Assembly (NCBI GenBank): GCA_951406725.2
Contig: OX597814.1
Span: 107,012,001-107,076,000, forward strand
Direction of reading: 5' to 3'
Origin: Octopus vulgaris
Taxonomy: Eukaryota
DNA length: 64,000 bases
The translations under genes were made by a program, and so were the position numbers. Below are positions 51,910 to 64,000 of the stretch, in pieces. Each line of letters opens with the position of its first letter. Position 1 is the first letter of the stretch. The notes beneath the pieces were generated by a model that was given only the letters and a program-made list of their open reading frames with translations, searched no databases and had not been told where the DNA came from.

Positions 51910-53706
51910 TATCATCACCATCAACATTTAAGGTCCGTTTTCAATGCTGGCATTGGCTGGGCGGCTTGACAGGAGCTAGCAAGGCTGTCAGCCACACCAA
52001 GTTTCACAGTCTGTTTTGGTTTGGTTTTTACAGCTGGATGCCCTTCCTAATGCCAACCATTTTTACAGAGTGTACTGGGTGCTTTTTACATGGTACCAGT
52101 ACCATATCTTTATATTAGTTACAAGATTCATTAGAATCTAGAAGCATCAACACCAAGGAGACCAGAACAAGCTAGGTGCCATAACATAGGGTTCACACTA
52201 AGGTAGAATAATCATGGGGTATCAAGTTAGTAGCATACCACAGATATGTAGAGACTGAATCCAATATCAACTGTAGATTTGATTCCAGGTTGCTTCCAGA
52301 TGTGGTATAGACACAAAAAGCATTTGTATTTTTTAGATATATATATATATCCGAGCATGATCATTGCCAAGGCTACAGATTGGCTCCCATGCCAGTGACA
52401 CATGAAAAGTACCATTTGAGCATGATCATTGCCAGTGTTGCCTTACCGGCACATGTGCCAGTGGCACGTGAAAAACAACATTTGAGCATGATCGTTGCCA
52501 GTGGCGCCAGACTGGCTCCTGTGCAGGTAGCACATAAAAACACCTTTTGAGCATGGTTGCTGCCAGAACCGCCTGACTGGCCGAGTTGGCATTAGGAAGG
52601 GCAACAAGCTGTAGAAACTTTGCCAGATCAGATTGGAGCTTGGTGCAGCCTCTGGCTTGCTAGTCATCAGTCAAGCTGTCCAACCCATGCCAGCATGGAA
52701 AGTGGATGTTAAATGATGATGATGATATATATATATATAATGATGACATAGTAAATGAAATATATGAATACATGGATGATGCATCTTGTTGATACACTAG
52801 AACCTTTAACTAAGACCAATCCATAAACTCCTGACTACCAAGGGTACATGCCCTCTCCTAACTGCTGTTCTCTTATCTACAGACCCATACTTACGGGCAG
52901 TTATGCCTAACCAGTCTTGCTACAATCACCAACTCTTTGATGAATTCAATGGAAGAGAGCCCTTCCCCTTGCACCCTCACTTGAGAAAGTTGATGAGGGT
53001 TTCACTGAGAAGAAGAGTATCTGTCTTGAAACCTTTCAGCCTCTTTTGTGCCCATGAGAATAGTTAAGGACCAAAATGTAAAAACATCATCTGGTCGCAT
53101 CTTGTCACAAGGAACATATTATGCTGATGGCAAAAATGTTTTAGTGATCCACTTCACCTGGAAATAAGTATTACATACAGCAACAAGGGCATCATACAGT
53201 TGAGGTTTCATTACAATTCTGATTTCAATGACTCACAGAAAGTGGGGCCTTCCTATTAGAGTATCCTTATTAAAATGCCCTCATAGGAAGGTTCCAGTTT
53301 TCTAATAATTTTACTGAACACATGAAAGTGGACAAGATATCGCTTATATTCTTTTACTTGTTTCAGTCATTTGACTGTGGCCATGCTGGAGCATCGTCTT
53401 TAGTCAAACAAATCCTTGTCTGGTACTGGATCAATCCCAAAAATCTAATCAGTTTGTACCAGTCATGAGGCCAAACATAGCTGAAAGTTTCATCTGGATC
53501 CATCCAGCTGTTCTTGAGATATCTATCAGTCTCTTTTGCCGAACTGCTAAGTTACAGGGGATATAAACACACCAACATCGGTTGTCAAGCAATGATGGGT
53601 GAGGGAACAAACACAGGCACGCAGATACATACACACACACACACATATATACACACACACATACACACACACATGCACACACACACACACAAATATATAT
53701 ACACAA

Positions 53707-53741
<35 letters not shown>

Positions 53742-54089
53742 ATGGGCTTCTTTCAGTTTCCATCTACCAAATCCACTCACAAGGCTTTGGTCAGCCCAAG
53801 GCTATAGTAGAAGACACTTGCCCAAGGTGCCATGCAGTGGGACTGAACCTGGAACCATGTGGTTGGGAAGCAAGCTTTTTACCACACAGCTACTCTTGCA
53901 CCTATAATAAACTTTCTTTCATCGGTTCCAGCTAGTCTGGTCATGGCCATACTGGAGCACTTTCATTCATAAAGAATATTACCAAGCATAGACATGAACC
54001 AAAATACCTGATATTAAACTCTTGCAATCTACTGAATGAGTTGAAAAATGCGAGTCGAAGAATTTAATGAAAGACAGCTGATTACTCAC

Positions 54090-54154
54090 CTGTACATTAA
54101 GCCACCTCTGTCACGAGCGTTCATCCTTCCCCATTCTCCATTCTCAAAAGCTTC
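54090..54154 (-). CDS. ALDH1L1: ALDH1L exon 4 (EAFENGEWGRMNARDRGGLMYR)
   Basis: tAG/GTgagt, 65 nt, phase 0/2. Confidence 0.93.
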
Positions 54155-54262
54155 CTAAAAATGAAAAATAAAAAATGTTTTAAACTAAAAGATATTATGA
54201 ACTGCAGTCTCTAATTTGTTAATTATCATCTTCATTATCAACATTAAAGCTGATTATTATCA

Positions 54263-54580
54263 TTTTTACCTCCGCTTTAGTGAAGGCGGAGGTATTGTTT
54301 TCAGCCACGTTTGTTTGTCTGTGGACAAGATATATCAAGAACTGCTGGATGGATTCGAATAAAATTTTCAGGGATGTTTGGCCTCATGACTGGTACAATC
54401 TGATTAGATTTTCGGATTGATCCCGTACTGGACAAGGATTCTGGATTGTTTTTCCTGTTTTTTTATTTTTTTAGAGTGGTCGGGTTCATTTTTAGTATTC
54501 TTGTTTGTGAGAGCAGTCGAGTTTATTTCAGATATTCTCATTTTAAAACATCATCTCCGGCTAATCATTGAGAGGGTGTT
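54263..54580 (+). mobile_element. Helentron/DINE-like non-autonomous element
   Basis: TTTTTACCTCCGC...GCGGAGGTA subterminal hairpin followed by a GTTT/GTCT microsatellite; inverted fragment at 53413-53522. Confidence 0.5.
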
Positions 54581-57500
54581 GGTGTTATTATTGTTCAGGT
54601 TACATGCTGGTAAAATTGTTAGCAGAATGGGTGAAATGCTTAGCAGCATTTCATCCGTCTTCACATTTTGAGTTCAATCCCACCAAGATCAACTTTGCAT
54701 TTCATACTTTCAGGGTCAATAAAGTAAGTACCAGTTGAGTACAAGGGGTCGATGTGATTGACTTATCCCCCCCCAATTGCTGGCATTGTGCCAAAATCTG
54801 AAATCAGTGTCATCGTTGTTGATATTGCTATTGTTGTGAGGGCACATGGCCTAGTGGTTAGGGTGTTGCACTCATGATTACGAGATCGTGGTTTCAATTC
54901 CTAGACCAGGGGATGCATTGTGTTCCTGAGCAAAACACTCCATCTCATGTTGCTCTGCAATCACTTCGACACCTGACGCATGGCATACCTATGCACCTGT
55001 TTAAACAACATTGATTTGATGGAGAGAGTGAGTTAATGTGCGGCACGAACATTTGATCCCTATAAACAAATCATTTGTGCAGGTCATTCAACAAAAGCTG
55101 GACACTCATACATCGTCTTCGACGGGACAGTCCGTCATTGTTGTTGCTATTAAGGCAGTCAGTTGACAGAATTGGTAGCACATTAAGTGAAATGCTTAGT
55201 GTTATAATCTTACAATGTCTTCCTGACCCTCTTGATGTAAATAAATTACTCACTTCTATTACGGGTGTTTACTGTTGATTAAATAATATTTTAAATTGAC
55301 TGTTGGGCCTCACAGAAGCAAGGTGGCTGAGTTCCTATCAAGCATTGGCCCCATGGGGGCAAAGTGGCTGAGTTCCTTTCAAGTGTTGGGCCTCATGGAG
55401 GCAATGACCTAGACATTTGGCATTATGTCGTGCTTGAGAAGAAGACCCATCGAGCCAAGCAAAATCGCAATCATGGCAGAGACTAGTGTCACACAAATGG
55501 CACCCATGCCAGTGGCACATAAAAACACCCATTACACTCTCAAAGTGATTGGCGTTAGGAAGGGCAGCATCCAACCATAGAAAACCATGCCAAATCAGAC
55601 AGGAGCCTGGTGCAGCTTTCCAGTGTGCCAGCCCAGTCAAACTGTCCAACCCATGCCAGCATGGACAACAGACATTGAATGATGATGATGATGATGAAGG
55701 TGGTGAGCTGGCACAATACTTAGTGGTATTTCGTCCATCTTTACATTCTGAGTTCAAATTCTGCTGAGGTCGACTTTGCCTTTACTTTTTTTTTTTTGGT
55801 CAATAAAATATATACCAGTTGAACACTGGGCTCAATCTAGTCGACTTATCTCCCTCCCCCCAAAATTTCTGGCCTTGTGCCAAAATTTGAAACCAATAAC
55901 GAAATACTGTGACCTATATGTTTATTCTGAATATATTCTAGCATAAAGGCGGCAAGCTGACAGAAGCGTTAGGATGCCAGGCGAAATACTGCTAAGCATT
56001 TCACCTAACACTACGTTCTGAGTTCAAATTCTGCTGAAGTTGACTTTGCCTTTTATCCTTTTGGGGTCGATTAAATAAGTACCAGTTGTGCACTGGGGTC
56101 AATGTAATCAATATAATCCCTTTGTTTATCCTTGTTTGTCCCCTCATTGTTTAGCCCCTCTGTGGGCAATAAAGAAATATATTCTGACATATTCAAATGT
56201 GAATATATTAATCACTGTTGTGTGTCGTCACAGAACAACTCCTTTATGACAAATATGTGTTCACAACACACGATTCATTAGTGCAAGGGGATTCTGGGAT
56301 ACAGTGTTTTGACATTATTGTATCGTGTCAAAAGCGGCAAGCCGGCAGAATCGTAAGCACACATGGTGAAATGCTTAGCAGTATTTTGTTTGCTCATACA
56401 TTCTGAGTTCAAATTCTGCCAAGGTCGACTTTGTCTTTCATCCTTTCAGGGTCAATAAATTAAGTACCAGTTGCATACTTGGGTCAATCTAATTGACTGG
56501 CCCCACTCCCCCAAAATTTTAGGCCTTGTACCTATAGTGGAAAGGGTTATTGTGTCGCTTCAGCCAAAGCATCCTAGATTAACTAATCTAACAAGAGTTT
56601 GAAGCTCTAGTTTATAAATTCAGTAGACAAATTATTTGCTGGTTCATGCTGACAATAAATCATTAAAGGCATGGTGAACAATGAGATGGGAAACAGCAAC
56701 AGACATATTCATTCTTAATATGTTCCTGCAGATTTGAACATGAATATGCTAATCACTGTTGTGTTTCATTACCATGAATCATCATTATCATTTACTGTCC
56801 GTTTTCCCAGCTAGCATGGGTTGGATGGTTTGACTGGAGCTGGCCTGGAGCCATACCAGGCACCAATCGTCTGTTTTGGCATAGATTCTACAGCTGGATG
56901 CCCTTTCTGATGCCAACAAATTTACAGAGTGTACTAAGTGCTTTGTATATAACACCAGCACCAGTGCTTTTCATGTGACACCAGGGTGGATGCTTTTAAT
57001 GTGGCAACAGCATGTATGCATTATGTGGTACCAGCCTCAGTACCACATAGGTGGCACCGCAACCACCAATGCTTTTAGTAAACAAATTGTTTGTTGATAT
57101 TGTACACAAGAATATCAGCTCTTGTTAGATTTATCAGTTTGGGGTGCCTGTCACTGATGAGACACAAAGAGGGTGAAACACCAGGACTAGGAATGAACCA
57201 AGTGTGTTACAAACACATTCATCATAAACAATTTGTTGTTCTTCTGTGGCAAAACACAACAGTGATTAGCATACTGATGTTCCAATATGCCAGAATGGAC
57301 TAGGAAAAAAATCATTGTCTGGATTCTTACTGTTCAATGTGTATATGAAGATTTATATGGCAATGTTCATCACCATCATCATCATCGTTTAATGTCCGCT
57401 TTCCATGCTGACATGGGTTGACTGGTTGACTGAGGAATGGCAAGCCAGGAGGCTGAACTAGGCTCCAATCTGATCTGGCAAGGTTTCTACAGCTGGATGC

Positions 57501-58480
57501 CCGTCCTAATGCCAACTACTCTGAGTGTAGTGGGTCTTTTTTACATGTCACCAGTAAGGGCATCAGCCACGTTTGGATGGTGCTTTTTACGTGCCACCAG
57601 CACAGGGAGCCAGTCAGGCAACGACCCATGCATGAATGGTGCTTATTACATGCCACTTGCACTGGAGCCAGTCAGGCAGTACTGGCAACAACCTATGCAT
57701 GAATGGTGCTTACTGTGTGCCACCAACATCGGAGCCAATCAGGTGGCACTGGCATTGGCCACATTTGGATGGTGCTTTTTATGTGCCACAGGGAGCCAGT
57801 CAGGCAGCACTGGCATCGGCCACAACTACAATTTCCATTTTGATTTCGATTTGATTGAGATTCTGATTTTTGATTTTACTCGACTCAATAAGACTCCTCA
57901 AGCACGGCGTGTTGCCCGACAATTCAAAGGTACTTTTTAAGTGGGCTGGTTATGCGACACTGGTGTAGGCTATAGCTGTGATCTCACTTTACTTGCCCGG
58001 GTCTCCTCAAGCACAGCATGCCACCGAATGAATAATCTATCTCATAGTATGGAGGCATTTAGCTTGGTGGTTAAGCTGTTTGGCTCATGATTGTAAGGTT
58101 GTGAGTTCGATTCCCAGTGACACACTTTATTTCACGTCGGTGCAGTCCACTCTGCTGGCAAAAATGAGTTGTACTTGTAATTCAGAAGGGACCAGCCTTG
58201 TCACATTCTGTGTCATGCTGAATCTCCCTGATAACTATATCAAGAGTATGCATGTCTGTGGTGTACTCAGCCACTTGCACATTAATTTCACGAGCTGGCT
58301 GTTCTGTTGATCGGATCAGCTGGAACCCTCCTCTGGTTGTAACCAACAGAACAGCTTAGTTTATTTCGCAGTGTACAATACTGCATTTCAGAGAGTTTTT
58401 TGAGAGGAGGGGGAAGAGAGTAAACAGGGAAAGAAAAAATAAAGAGAGAGACATAAAAGCGAGAAAGAGAGACAGACAGA

Positions 58481-58519
<39 letters not shown>

Positions 58520-59979
58520 CATGCTCAAATGAGACTCAACTTTCAGTGACCTTGCAAATATTCAGTTTAATTTCAACTACTTCAACCTAACAAACCCAAG
58601 ATGTTTGACCCCACAACAGCCACCCCCACCATCACTTATACCCCCCCACCCACACACGCAACAGCCCCCCATCCCATCCCTCTCCATCTCTTACTTCTGA
58701 AAAACCAATCAAGTTATCTAAATACAAACATCTTCACTCTGAAATATATTCCAGATAACTTATACGAAATAGGTCACCTACTTTCTAAATCTCCACTGAC
58801 ATTTTACAAACCTTAAACTAACTGATTCGCATTGGTTGCTGCTGCTGTTGTTTAGCCCAAGGCGAGTCTTGATCCACCAGTCCTACGGCACTGAAGGTAT
58901 CTTTTTCTTATCTTGTTTCACTCATTTAGACTATCGGCCATACTGGGGCAGCACATTGAAGAAATTTAGTCAAATGCATAGACCCCAGTACTTATTTTTT
59001 TTTAAAGCTGGATGCCCTTCCTAACGTCAACTGCTCCGTGAGTGTAGTGGGTGCTTTTTACGTGCAACTGGCACAGGGGCCAGAGGAGGCTGGCAACAGC
59101 CACGAATGGTTGGTGCTTTTTACGTGCCACTGGCACAGAAGCCAGTCAAGGCGGTGCTGGCATCTGCCACGTTCAGATGGTGCTTTTTGCATGCCACCGG
59201 CATGAGTATCACAACTACAATTTCCATTTGATTTTTATTTTGATGTTGATATACTTGACTCAATAGGTCTCCTCAAGCACAGCAGGCCATCCTGTGATAA
59301 TATATACATACATACACACGCACACACACGATGGGCCTTTTCTGTTTCCGTCTACCAAATCCACTCACAAGGCTTTGGTCAGCCTGAGGCTATAGTAGAA
59401 GACACTTGCCCAAGGTGCCACACAGTGGGACTGAACCCGGAACCATGTGGTTAGTAAGCAAACTTCTTACCAAACAGCCACTCCTGTAAGCAAACAATGA
59501 GGTGTCAAGCACAGATCCATCTAACTTAGATGTTTTCTCATAGCTGATGGCCATACTGCAGCAAAACTTCCATCTCTCTCTCTCTCTCTTTCATGTCTCT
59601 CAATTTTTTCTTCCTGTTTACTCTCTCTTCCTCCTCCCTCTCTCTCTATATATATATATATAGTGAAGGCACATGGCTTAGTGGTTAGGATGTTGCACTC
59701 ACGAATGTGAGATTGTGGGTTCAATTTCCAGGTCAGGCGTTGCGTTTTGTTCTTGATCAAAGCACTTCATTCCACGTTGTTCTGTGATCCTTTTGTCATA
59801 TGACATGTGGCACATGGTGTACCTGTTCAGGTAATGTCAATTTGATGGCGGCATGTGCTTATGTCTACACAAACATTTGATCACTATAAACAAATTATCT
59901 GCGTCGTTGTTCGGCAAAAATTTGCCCCAACCCTCATTCATTGTCTATCAACAGGAAGAGTCCATGATACATGCATATA

Positions 59980-61252
59980 CAGGGGTTGGACAAAATAATG
60001 CAAACACCTTAAAAATCCAAACAAATTTATTTTAATATGGGATAGGACCACCTTTGACAGTAATTACAGCTTGAATTCTATGAGGTATGGACTCGTACAA
60101 AGTCTGAATTGTTTCCAAAGGAATTTTCCTCCATTCTTCAGCTAAAACAGTCTCCAGTTCTTGTAGTGATGATGGTGGAGGATATCGACTCCTTACTTGC
60201 TTTTTTTAAAATGCACCATAAATGTTCAATGATATTTAGATCTGGGGACTGTGGTGGCCAGATAAGATGTTCAGCTTCACTAGAACGTTCCTCGTGCCAC
60301 TCAGTAACAACTTTAGCTGTGTGAATTGGTACATTATCATCCTGAAAGATTGTGTTTCCCTTCAGAAACAGTTCCACAACCATAGGATGAATTTGATCAG
60401 ATAAAATGCTTAAATAGTCTTCACTATTAATTCTGCCATGAAAGGAAACCATTGGGCTGGCGGATTTCCAAGATATAGCCCCCTCCCAGATTATCACAGA
60501 TCCTCCTCCATGTTTAACAGTTGGAAGAAGGCTGTCTGGGTCAAATGCTTCTTTTGGCTGTCTCCACATGGATACTCGGTCGATGGTCAGAAATAAGGTA
60601 AAGAATGACTCATCCGAGAAAATAACATTCTTCCACTGCTCTAGGGACCAATTCTGTAAATTTTTACTCCATTCTAAATGCTTTGCAACGTTTGTTTTTG
60701 AAAGTAGTGGTTTTCTGATTACAGCCCTCCCATAAAATCCGGCTTTGTGCAGCTCCCGGCGAACAGTTTTGTGGAAACTGGGTTGTCGTGGTGGTCAAAA
60801 ACTCTGCAGTAATTTTGGGAGCTGTACTTTTGTGATCCTTTCTAACAATTTGCGTAAGAGTCCAACGGTCCCTATCTGAAAGTTTTGGTTTTCTTCTGGA
60901 GTTTTGTTTCAACGGGGAGGTTTTTCCCTCTTTCTCAAAAGCTGTCATTACTTTCAAGACAGTACTTCTTGATATACCAAACATTTTGGCTGTTTTCATT
61001 ATGCTAGCGCCTGCCATACGAGCACCACTAATTTGACTTCTTTGAAAGTCTGATAGATCTGTCATTTTAATGAATTTTAATTACCTTTTTCTGATGATAT
61101 CTGAAAAGAAACAGCAATTTTAGCAAAACATACTAAGCAACACTAATAATTAATCAGAAAACAAAAATAGACAAGCTTTTGACTATTTTATAGATATTTC
61201 TAAATTATGATGCTATAATGCTAGGTGTTTCCATTATTTTGTCCAACCCCTG
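59980..61252 (-). mobile_element. Full-length Tc1-superfamily DNA transposon with DD36E transposase (frameshifted)
   Basis: About 30-bp TIRs CAGGGGTTGGACAAAATAATG(C/G)AAACACCT, TA target duplication on both sides, 1273 bp; ORF pieces 60664-61065 (HTH), VIFSDES at about 60605-60625, and 60138-60569 with QDDN...SPDLNIIE. Confidence 0.93.
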
Positions 61253-61474
61253 TATATATATGGGTAGTGAGCTGGCAGAATCATTAGCACACCAGGCAAA
61301 ATTCTTAGCAGTATTTCATCTGCAATTACGTTCTGAGTTCAAATTCCACTGAGGTGAACTTAGCCTTTGATCCTTTCAGGGTCAATTAAATAAGTACCAG
61401 TTACGCACTGGGGTCAATGTAATCCACTTAATCCCTTTGTCTCCTCTATGTTTAGCCCCCTGTGGGCAATAAAG

Positions 61475-61509
<35 letters not shown>

Positions 61510-62141
61510 GAGACTTATTGAGTCAAGTAAAATCAAATCGAAATCAAAATGGAAATTGTAGTTGTGGCCGATGCCAGTGCCACCTGACTGGCTTGCATGC
61601 TGGTGGCAGGCAATAAGCACCACTCATGCGTGCAGTCATTGCTAGTGCTGCTTAACTGGCTTCCAGTGCCACTTGACTGATTCCCCATGCCAGTGACACA
61701 TAAAATGGACCATCCGACTGGCTCCTGTGCCACTAGCACATAAAAAGCACCATCTAAAGGTCGCTGATGCCAGTATTGCCTGGTGGCACATGAAAAGCAC
61801 CCACTACACTCTCAGAGTGGTTGGTGTTAGGAAGATCAGATTGGAGTCTGGTGCAGCCTCCTGGCTCACCAGTCCTCACTCAAACCATCCAACCCATGCC
61901 AGCATGGGAAGCGGACGTTAAATGATGATGATGATGATATTGCACTCTCATAAGTATATGTCTGAGTGAGTGTATGTGTATGCATGTGTGCAATTGTGTG
62001 TATGAGAGTGCATATTCTTTAGAGAGAAAGAGAGAGAGAGAGAGAAAAGTATGATGATGATGATGTAGTGGTGGTAGTGATGATGATGGCGGTGGTGGTG
62101 GTGGCAATGATTTCTCTTAAACACCCACCCATTAAACTCAC

Positions 62142-62204
62142 CTTGGCTGCCTCCACTGCTCTGTTCACATCCTCCTTTGTGGCCTTCGACACTTTACAGA
62201 TCAC
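62142..62204 (-). CDS. ALDH1L1: ALDH1L exon 3 (VICKVSKATKEDVNRAVEAAK)
   Basis: tAG/GTgagt, 63 nt; DV..AV.AAK motif. Confidence 0.93.
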
Positions 62205-62667
62205 CTACAACAAACAATGAATATATTTCTCTTAATTAATACAATTCAAAGACAGCCCTAACGATCTTAAATACAATAGACAAGAACCAAGTAGGGTCCT
62301 ACACACTGATACATTAGGCCATTAGTTTGCAAACAAATACCAGCCCCCTAACCCAACAATACATTTTCTTTCTTTCCTTTACTCGTTTCAGTCTGTGGCC
62401 ATGCTGGGGCACCGCCTTAAAGGATTTTAGCTGAATGAATCAAACCCAGTTCTCAATTTCTTTTCTTAAGGTTCTTATTCTTTTGGTCTCCTGTGTAAAA
62501 CCACTTGGCAACCAGTGTTGGTGTGTTTATGTCCCTTTAAGTTAGCAGTTGATAGAATAAGTACCAGGATGTAAACAAAAAATTAATAAAGGGGTTAATT
62601 TGATTGACCAAAATCCTTCAAAGTGGTGCCCCAGCATGGTCATGGTCTAATGGCTGAAACAGTTAAG

Positions 62668-62993
62668 TATTTCGTTTTGGGATTTGGTTTGCAAGATTCT
62701 TTACATGAGTTCGTGTGTTGAAGCATATACTGTTGTGTCTGGGGAGAGTCATTTTCTTTTTGTGCCTTATATAACACACTCACCGGTAAAATTTCCACTT
62801 TTTTTTCTTATTTTTATTTTCCTAAAATTTTCATTGTGTCTTGCAACCTTTTCAATGGAGTCAAAATTATTGAAAAGTTTGCAAGATGCAACGAAAATTT
62901 TAGGAAAATAAAAATAAGACAAAAGTGGAAATTTTACCGAGGAGTGTGTTACACTATAAAGCACGAAAAGAAAATTACTCTCCCCAGACACAA
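62668..62993. repeat. Foldback element (arms 62733-62856 / 62869-62993); rearranged partial copy at 10096-10218
   Basis: TTGTGTCTGGGGAGAGT...ACTCTCCCCAGACACAA reverse-complement arms with a 12-nt loop. Confidence 0.85.
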
Positions 62994-63031
62994 AACAAAA
63001 AAGAGAGCTCAGACATGAAAACAAAACTCAC

Positions 63032-63151
63032 CGATTCGTCTGCTGGGTTGATAGTGTTGTAAGTGACACGATCGGAAGAATCAACAAACTCATTGTCGAT
63101 GAAACACTGATGAGGAAAGGTGATGTCCATATTGTTAACATGCAGTTTCAC
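63032..63151 (-). CDS. ALDH1L1: ALDH1L exon 2 (VKLHVNNMDITFPHQCFIDNEFVDSSDRVTYNTINPADES)
   Basis: cAG/GTgagt, 120 nt, phase 0/0; start of ALDH domain (F.D...TINP). Confidence 0.93.
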
Positions 63152-63410
63152 CTGGTGATGAACAAAAACATTTTTACCATTAAATAATTCCTTAAAAATA
63201 CAACAAAATTTCTTGAAGGAACAAACAAAATTTCTTAAAGGAACAAACAAATGTTGACTCCTCCTCATCATCATCAAAGAACACATTCTTTAGTGTTTTG
63301 GATCAGTTCAAGTAATGCCAGCATGCAAAGAAACCATTTTAGCAATGGTGGTGAACATTATGGTAACTGCAATGTAAAATGGTAAATATTGTTGGCTCCA
63401 GATCACTTAC

Positions 63411-63558
63411 AGCATCAAATTCAAAAGGTTCTTCATCTGTGATTCCACGACTACGTAATATAATGTAATTGGACAGTTCTGCAAATGTGGTATTCATGTA
63501 GATGTGTTCATTCTCTAAAGCAACACCACCACATTTCTCTTTGATTTCTTCAACCAAT
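63411..63558 (-). CDS. ALDH1L1: ALDH1L exon 1 in window (end of ACP-like carrier domain; RLVEEIKEKCGGVALENEHIYM...EFDA)
   Basis: AG/GTaagt on -, 148 nt; resembles human ALDH1L1 [22 protein letters not shown]; upstream exons lie beyond the window. Confidence 0.92.
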
Positions 63559-64000
63559 CTAAAAAGTAACAACAACAATAAAGAAATATATTCCACAAAA
63601 ACAAATAAAGAAGGAAATAACACTTTTATTTATCTTCTGAATAAAGGAGTGTATGGAGATGTGTGTGTGTGTGTGTGTGTGTATTTTGAAAGGAAAAGAA
63701 TCAAAGTATGTATATGAATACACATACATGTAGGTACTTATGCAATATGTATAAGCACGTAATCTAATAGATATCCTGTGTATATGTGTATGTACAAAGA
63801 ATTAAATTGAAGAATTTATTAAAAATTACGGAGATGTACTTGCATAGCAGGTGACCTGATCTGAGATCGTGTCCTCGAACGAAAACAATTGCAGCGTGGA
63901 AGGTGTTTATAAGCCATTTAAGAAACACACAAAATCCGTTAGATTCACTTCAACATTTAAATTTAATTTGTCAAAATATTTTCGTTGCTTTGAGACAGCA

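Overview
Eukaryotic, AT-rich, repeat-dense genomic DNA. The SINE/RTE/microsatellite landscape looks like an octopod cephalopod (Octopus sp.; inferred from repeat families, not proven). Two spliced genes converge tail-to-tail. On +, the last 6 coding exons of a macroglobulin complement-related (Mcr/CD109-like) gene of the TEP/alpha-2-macroglobulin family (1609-10450, stop TGA). On -, the last 15 coding exons of 10-formyltetrahydrofolate dehydrogenase ALDH1L (63558-28003, stop TAA). All exons were joined by hand, with GT-AG boundaries and consistent phases. Introns and the spacer hold tRNA-derived SINEs, RTE and CR1-like LINE fragments, a full-length but frameshifted DD36E Tc1 element, hAT/piggyBac/mariner MITEs, Helitron/Helentron-like pieces and minisatellites. 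The most notable signal is a set of short inverted or tandem repeats centred on minimal hammerhead-ribozyme-like folds of the Penelope type: one family with a canonical CUGAUGA core fused to a tRNA-like Pol III head, and two foldback families with altered cores. Several local inverted duplications also bracket ALDH1L exons. Most ORFs in the supplied track are spurious.
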